Below are positions 59,574 through 64,000 of a stretch of DNA of 64,000 nt, piece by piece; the stretch's first letter is position 1, and each line of letters opens with the position of its first letter. Position numbers and translations under genes: made by a program. The stretch spans positions 147,870 through 211,869 of the forward strand of contig JADGAV010000009.1 in assembly GCA_015231825.1 (NCBI GenBank), given 5' to 3'. The notes under the pieces are model-generated. The model had not been told where the DNA came from, searched no databases, and saw nothing but the letters and a program-made list of their open reading frames with translations. The DNA is from SAR324 cluster bacterium (GTDB lineage Bacteria > SAR324 > NAC60-12).

Positions 59574-59932
59574 GTCCCCTCGATTCTTTCTGGTAAATAA
59601 GTGCCGGTGTCAAAGCCGGAGCTTCTCAAAACAGCGTACTGCCCCAATTGTGTTTGGAAGTGAAACCGAATTTATCATATCCTCAGGCAAGTGCCAAATT
59701 TTTCCTCAATGATTCCCGGGTTGAGTGAAAGAAGGATCCACGGTTTTTGATTTGACCGGCCAGAAATCTGCTTTTCTTTTTGCCTTGAAAAGGCATCGTT
59801 TGCGGACTATATTTCAGGATTAATATGTTCATTTCTGCTCATTTTTCCCGTTGCCAAGTTCGGTATTGACAAGAAACTTTTTTCCATCCGCACCGGTTCC
59901 CATTCCTAAAATATACTCATTATACTCTCCTC

Positions 59933-61549
59933 ATGACTTTAGAAACTGATACGAGTTACGGCATCGTGATTGCCGGCCACGGCAGTCGCGATAAAGAAGG
60001 TGTCCAGGAATTTGAGGACACCATTGCGCTTTTAAAAAAACAACACCCGCATAAAGTGGTCACTCATGGATTTTTAGAATTTGCATCACCTACGATTGAT
60101 TATGCAATTCGGGAAAACATTAAAATGGGGTCGAAGCGCATCGTCATGATCCCTGCGATTTTATTTGCAGCAAGTCATGGCAAGAATGACATGCCCATTG
60201 AGATGTTGAGTACAAAAAAGGAATTTCCGGATGTGGATTTTCAATATGCCGGGGCAATGGAGCTGCATCCGCTTTTGTTGAAATTGTTTCAGGAGAGAAT
60301 CATCGAGGCAGAAGCCCGTTCTTCCCGGACAATCAAACGGTCAGAAAGTTTGCTGGTGATTGTGGGACGGGGTACGACGGATTCTGATACCAATTCAAAT
60401 GTCAGCAAACTGACCCGCATGATCGAGGAAGGGATGGGTTTTGGAGCTTCCTTTGTCTGCTATTCCGGGACTGCGGAACCGATGGTTCGAAACGGGATTG
60501 AATTTGCAGCAAAGATGGGTTTCAAGCGTCTGGTCGTGATTCCATATTTTTTGTTCACCGGAGTTTTGATCAAGCGAATCTATCAGGCGGCTGATGAAGT
60601 CAGCGAACTTTTTCCTGATCTTGAGATTCTGAAGGCGCAATACTTGGGTGTGCATGAAAACGTGACCAATGTTTGGATGGAAAAGGCGGAGGAAGGGATT
60701 AATGGCAAGGCGGTCATGAATTGTACGCTTTGCAAATACCGCACACAAATTGTTGGTTTTGAAAAGGAGGTAGGAACCGTGCAGGAGGCGCACCATCTCC
60801 ATGTGAGAGGCCTGAACGAAAACAACGAATCTCAGGAACATCATCATCACGATCATTCTCATGGGCATCACCACCACCATGCCTCAGACGAGGTCGAAAA
60901 ACAGAAAGCGGAAATTTATGTCCCCCATCCCATTGAAGCCGAGAGTTTTAAAATAATTGAGGAGCAATACGACTGGTTGAAAATTCCGGAATCTCATCGT
61001 CCGGTCATCCAGCGCCTGGTTCACACCAGCGGAGATTTTTCAATTGTCGAGGATATCAGTATTTCAAAAGATGCCGTCGAATCAGGGGTTCGTGCCCTGA
61101 TTTCCGGAAGCGGAATCATCACAGATGTGACGATGGTCAAAAGTGGTTTGAAAAGGGCTTTGCTTTCCCAAATTGGAACCGAGGTCGTCTGCGAGGTTCA
61201 TGAAGAAGAAACCCGGCTGCTTGCGAAGGCAGCAACAATAACTCGTTCTGCTGCCGGTATCCGTCGAGCCTGGCAAAAACGAGGGGATGATGTGATTGTC
61301 GCGATTGGAGACGCACCAACCGCAGTGATGGAAACGATTCGTCTCATCAAGGAACAGAACTGGCGTCCTCATTTGATCATCGGTCTGCCGGTGGGTTTTG
61401 TCGGAACACAAGAATGCAAGGAGCAGCTGAGGCAAATTGAGGAAGTTCCTGTTATCACCAATTCTGGCAATAGAGGGGGATCTCCCTGGGCTGCGGCAGT
61501 CGTCAATGCGCTAATGATTCGAGCTGTTAATCATTTAGCCGTTTCATGA
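59933..61549 (+). CDS. cbiX: fusion of long-form sirohydrochlorin cobaltochelatase CbiX (two CbiX domains plus His-rich segment) and precorrin-8X methylmutase CbiC
   Basis: Two CbiX-like halves (GIVIAGHGSRD...; LLVIVGRGTTDSD...). His-rich HHHHDHSHGHHHHH. C-terminal CbiC/CobH motifs (VHTSGDF, IGDAPTAV, GLPVGFVG). Confidence 0.8.
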   Translation: MTLETDTSYGIVIAGHGSRDKEGVQEFEDTIALLKKQHPHKVVTHGFLEFASPTIDYAIRENIKMGSKRIVMIPAILFAASHGKNDMPIEMLSTKKEFPDVDFQYAGAMELHPLLLKLFQERIIEAEARSSRTIKRSESLLVIVGRGTTDSDTNSNVSKLTRMIEEGMGFGASFVCYSGTAEPMVRNGIEFAAKMGFKRLVVIPYFLFTGVLIKRIYQAADEVSELFPDLEILKAQYLGVHENVTNVWMEKAEEGINGKAVMNCTLCKYRTQIVGFEKEVGTVQEAHHLHVRGLNENNESQEHHHHDHSHGHHHHHASDEVEKQKAEIYVPHPIEAESFKIIEEQYDWLKIPESHRPVIQRLVHTSGDFSIVEDISISKDAVESGVRALISGSGIITDVTMVKSGLKRALLSQIGTEVVCEVHEEETRLLAKAATITRSAAGIRRAWQKRGDDVIVAIGDAPTAVMETIRLIKEQNWRPHLIIGLPVGFVGTQECKEQLRQIEEVPVITNSGNRGGSPWAAAVVNALMIRAVNHLAVS

Positions 61550-62697
61550 CTCTTCCCATACGAAAACCTTTTGATTTTAGTCAGTTGGCCGAGAATGGTC
61601 TGCGCCGGGGAGTGACCACCGGAACCTGTGCCACGGCTGCCGTGAAAGCGGCGTTGTTAAAAATTTTGTGTGGAGAAGAACGTCAGGAAGTCCTGGTCAA
61701 CCTGATCGACGGCTATCATTTTGTACGCATTCCTATCTTGAGACTCGAAGAATTTGGTCAAAATCGTGTCAAAGCGGTTGTGGTGAAAGATGCGGGGGAT
61801 GATCCCGATGCCACGCATCAGGCAAAAATTTTTGCAGTCGTTCAAGCAAACGATCAGAAAGCGATTCGTTTTATAGCAGGAGAGGGAGTCGGCACTATTA
61901 CCCAGCCTGGCTTTGCTTTTCCCATAGGAGACCCTGCCATCAATCCCGTTCCCCGGGAAATGATGGTCAAGGCGGTAGAAGAAATTGTTGGAGAAGCAGG
62001 ATATTGCGGAGATTACGGGTTTGATTTGGAAATCGGTTGTGAAGACGGACTGAAAATTTCTAAAAAAACCTACAATGCCCGTTTAGGGATTGAGGGGGGA
62101 ATTTCTATTCTTGGCACAACCGGAATTGTTGAGCCCAAGTCTCTTTCTTCTTATTTGGCATCCATTGAATTGTATATCCGGATTGCTGCCGCCGATTGTC
62201 CTCCGGCGATAGTCTTCAGCCCCGGCAATATTGGACAGCGTTTTGCCTCGAAGACATTGAATTTTCCGATCAGGCGGATTGTGCAAATGTCCAATTTTGT
62301 CGGTTTTTCCCTCGACTCTCTGCAGCGCACATTGACTGAGTACGATTATTTTCTTCCCTGCCTCTGGCTGGCGGGACATCCCGGGAAACTGGCGAAGTTA
62401 CTGGATCAGGTCTGGGACACCCATTCTCGAAACAGCAAAGCTGCAGTGGGTGCAGTATGCCGGGCTGCTGAAAAATTTGGTATGGATCAGGATTTGATAA
62501 AAGCCTGTCAGCAGTCCAGCACGGTTGAACAGATTACTCAGCTAATGGCATCTGACCGTTTCGCTGCTCTCTTTTGGGCGGACCTTGAGAATCAAATTGC
62601 TCAAATTGCAAAAACAAAAATACCTTCGGTCCAGGAAGTCCAGGTGCGGTTGATCAGCATGAAAGGGGCACTTCTCAGAGAAATTTCTTCTACGTGA
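61546..62697 (+). CDS. cbiD: cobalt-precorrin-5B (C1)-methyltransferase CbiD
   Basis: GVTTGTCATAAVKAAL N-terminal motif diagnostic of CbiD. 383 aa. 4-bp overlap with the upstream gene. Confidence 0.85.
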   Translation: MTLPIRKPFDFSQLAENGLRRGVTTGTCATAAVKAALLKILCGEERQEVLVNLIDGYHFVRIPILRLEEFGQNRVKAVVVKDAGDDPDATHQAKIFAVVQANDQKAIRFIAGEGVGTITQPGFAFPIGDPAINPVPREMMVKAVEEIVGEAGYCGDYGFDLEIGCEDGLKISKKTYNARLGIEGGISILGTTGIVEPKSLSSYLASIELYIRIAAADCPPAIVFSPGNIGQRFASKTLNFPIRRIVQMSNFVGFSLDSLQRTLTEYDYFLPCLWLAGHPGKLAKLLDQVWDTHSRNSKAAVGAVCRAAEKFGMDQDLIKACQQSSTVEQITQLMASDRFAALFWADLENQIAQIAKTKIPSVQEVQVRLISMKGALLREISST

Positions 62698-62718
62698 AAA
62701 ACTTATGTTAGGGCGCAA

Positions 62719-63468
62719 ATGAGAGAAACAAAAAAGCAGGGCACAGGAACATTTTATGGAGTCGGAGTTGGACCGGGTCCAAGAGGCTTATTCCCGGTCA
62801 GTGCAGTCGAGGCCCTCTTGTGCTGCGATATTATTTTCTGTCCCAAAGCCGATACCAAGGAATATTCCTTTGCGCGTCAGTGTTTGAACGGGATTGATAT
62901 TCCTGAAGAAAAGTTTGAGGAAATTCCTTTCCACATGGATCCAAATCGTGATCTGCTGCGGGGGCACTACCGGCAGCTGGCCGATCAGATTGCAGAACAT
63001 TTGAAACAGGGAAAAAATGTCGGCTGTCTTACTTTGGGGGATAGCATGACCTACTCAACTTATGGATACACCATCGCCGCCTTGTTGGAGGTGCTTCCCC
63101 AGGTCGAACATCATACCTTCCCGGGAATCACCAGTTATGCCCATCTTGCTGCCACCTTCAACTGGCCTTTGGGAGAGGGGAAGGAAAGGGTTCTGATTCT
63201 TCCCTGTCCGGACGAAATGGAGAATCTCCGAAATGATATCGACACCCACGATGTGGTGGTTCTGATGAAAATCGGTAAACGCCTGACCGATGTGCTTCAG
63301 GTCCTCGATTCGATGAAAATCAAGGAACACTGCGTTTTCGGGCGAAGAATGGGGTTGGAAGATGAAATCCTCTGCAATGATTTGAGTCGTCTGCCTGAAG
63401 AGGAGTCTTTGGGTTATTTATCCACGATGTTAATCCGAAAAAACCCAAGAGAGAAACGGCATTTATGA
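62719..63468 (+). CDS. cbiL: precorrin-2 / cobalt-factor-2 C20-methyltransferase CbiL
   Basis: FYGVGVGPGPRGLFPVSAVEAL tetrapyrrole-methylase motif. 249 aa. Confidence 0.85.
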   Translation: MRETKKQGTGTFYGVGVGPGPRGLFPVSAVEALLCCDIIFCPKADTKEYSFARQCLNGIDIPEEKFEEIPFHMDPNRDLLRGHYRQLADQIAEHLKQGKNVGCLTLGDSMTYSTYGYTIAALLEVLPQVEHHTFPGITSYAHLAATFNWPLGEGKERVLILPCPDEMENLRNDIDTHDVVVLMKIGKRLTDVLQVLDSMKIKEHCVFGRRMGLEDEILCNDLSRLPEEESLGYLSTMLIRKNPREKRHL

Positions 63469-64000
63469 AAGTCTATTTTATTGGCGCGGGCCCGGGGGCT
63501 CCTGATCTGATCACGCTGCGCGGGGTAAATATTCTAAAAAATGTCCCAATGGTGATGTATGCCGGGTCGCTGGTGAGCGTTGAAATTCTGGAACATTGTG
63601 CAGAAGGGACTGAGATCATCGACACCTCCCAGCTCAATCTGGAAGAGCAGGAATCCTGTTATCTGCAGGCGAAAGAAAAGCATTGGGATGTGGCCAGGGT
63701 GCACTCGGGAGATCCTTCCATCTATGGTGCGATTGCCGAACAAATCCGACGATTGAATCAGTTGGAAATTCCTTTTGAAATTGTTCCGGGCGTCTCTTCT
63801 TTTGCTGCATCTGCAGCGGCATTGAATGCGGAATTGACCAAACCCAAAATGTCGCAAACCATCATTCTCACACGCACTTCTGGAAGAGCCTCTCCGGTTC
63901 CTGAAAAAGAAGCATTGTCTGAATTGGCTGCTCATCAGGCGACTTTGTGCATTTTTCTTTCGGGCCCTCATCTGCCGCAGATCGTCAAAGATCTTCGTCA
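63465..64000 (+). CDS. cbiF: precorrin-4 / cobalt-precorrin-4 C11-methyltransferase CbiF (3' end truncated by window edge)
   Basis: MKVYFIGAGPGAPDLITLRGVNIL...VHSGDPSIYGAI motifs. ATGA overlap with the cbiL stop. The ORF runs off the window. Confidence 0.8.
   Translation, partial: MKVYFIGAGPGAPDLITLRGVNILKNVPMVMYAGSLVSVEILEHCAEGTEIIDTSQLNLEEQESCYLQAKEKHWDVARVHSGDPSIYGAIAEQIRRLNQLEIPFEIVPGVSSFAASAAALNAELTKPKMSQTIILTRTSGRASPVPEKEALSELAAHQATLCIFLSGPHLPQIVKDLR

Noticed and set aside
59574-59932. Possible cobalamin riboswitch upstream of cbiX
   Set aside because: I looked for the B12-box and GGGAA...GGTG core on both strands. I found only a weak GGGAACCGGTGCGG on the minus strand, without the CCCGCCACTG-type B12 box. 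Not callable by eye. Needs an Infernal scan.
1-64000. tRNA, rRNA, CRISPR arrays, transposases, integrases
   Set aside because: I saw no GGTTCGAATCC-type T-arm motifs, no regularly spaced direct repeats, and no ORFs with DDE or tyrosine-recombinase signatures.

Overview
This 64 kb window is chromosomal DNA from a moderately AT-rich bacterium, about 42-45% GC by eye, with roughly 58 protein-coding genes. I found no tRNA, rRNA, CRISPR or transposase genes. Most genes are housekeeping or metabolic. They include RelA-type (p)ppGpp synthetase; a UbiB kinase; a nucleotide-sugar dehydrogenase; a coherent putrescine uptake and gamma-glutamylation catabolic cluster (potFGHI-like transporter, class-III aminotransferase, two divergent glutamine-synthetase-like PuuA paralogs, PuuB-like FAD oxidase); msrPQ; dinB; two MFS transporters; a beta-oxidation-like cluster (SCP-x thiolase, HMG-CoA-synthase-like/DUF35 fusion, MaoC hydratase, family III CoA-transferase, long ACAD, HSD10-type SDR); a class III nucleotide cyclase; a Mla/MCE transporter (STAS-MlaE fusion, MlaF, repeat-rich MlaD); a SpoU methylase; and the start of an anaerobic cobalamin operon (cbiX-cbiC fusion, cbiD, cbiL, cbiF partial). 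The candidates I consider most worth follow-up are these five. (1) A thiolase paired with an apparently catalytically dead HMGCS-like domain fused to a DUF35 zinc ribbon, embedded in a branched-chain/steroid-side-chain-type beta-oxidation gene set. (2) One GcvT-family gene whose GC content (about 57%) is far above its surroundings, with boundaries matching the CDS. (3) An operon of a membrane-anchored matrixin-like zinc protease with two small glycine-rich secreted paralogs. (4) An operon pairing a homocysteine-S-methyltransferase-like protein that has lost its GGCCG zinc site with a SEC-C-tagged spermidine-synthase-like protein, sited next to the cbi genes. (5) A small island of three unannotatable proteins (17.4-19.6 kb). 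All functional calls are from motif recognition by eye. No database searches were run.
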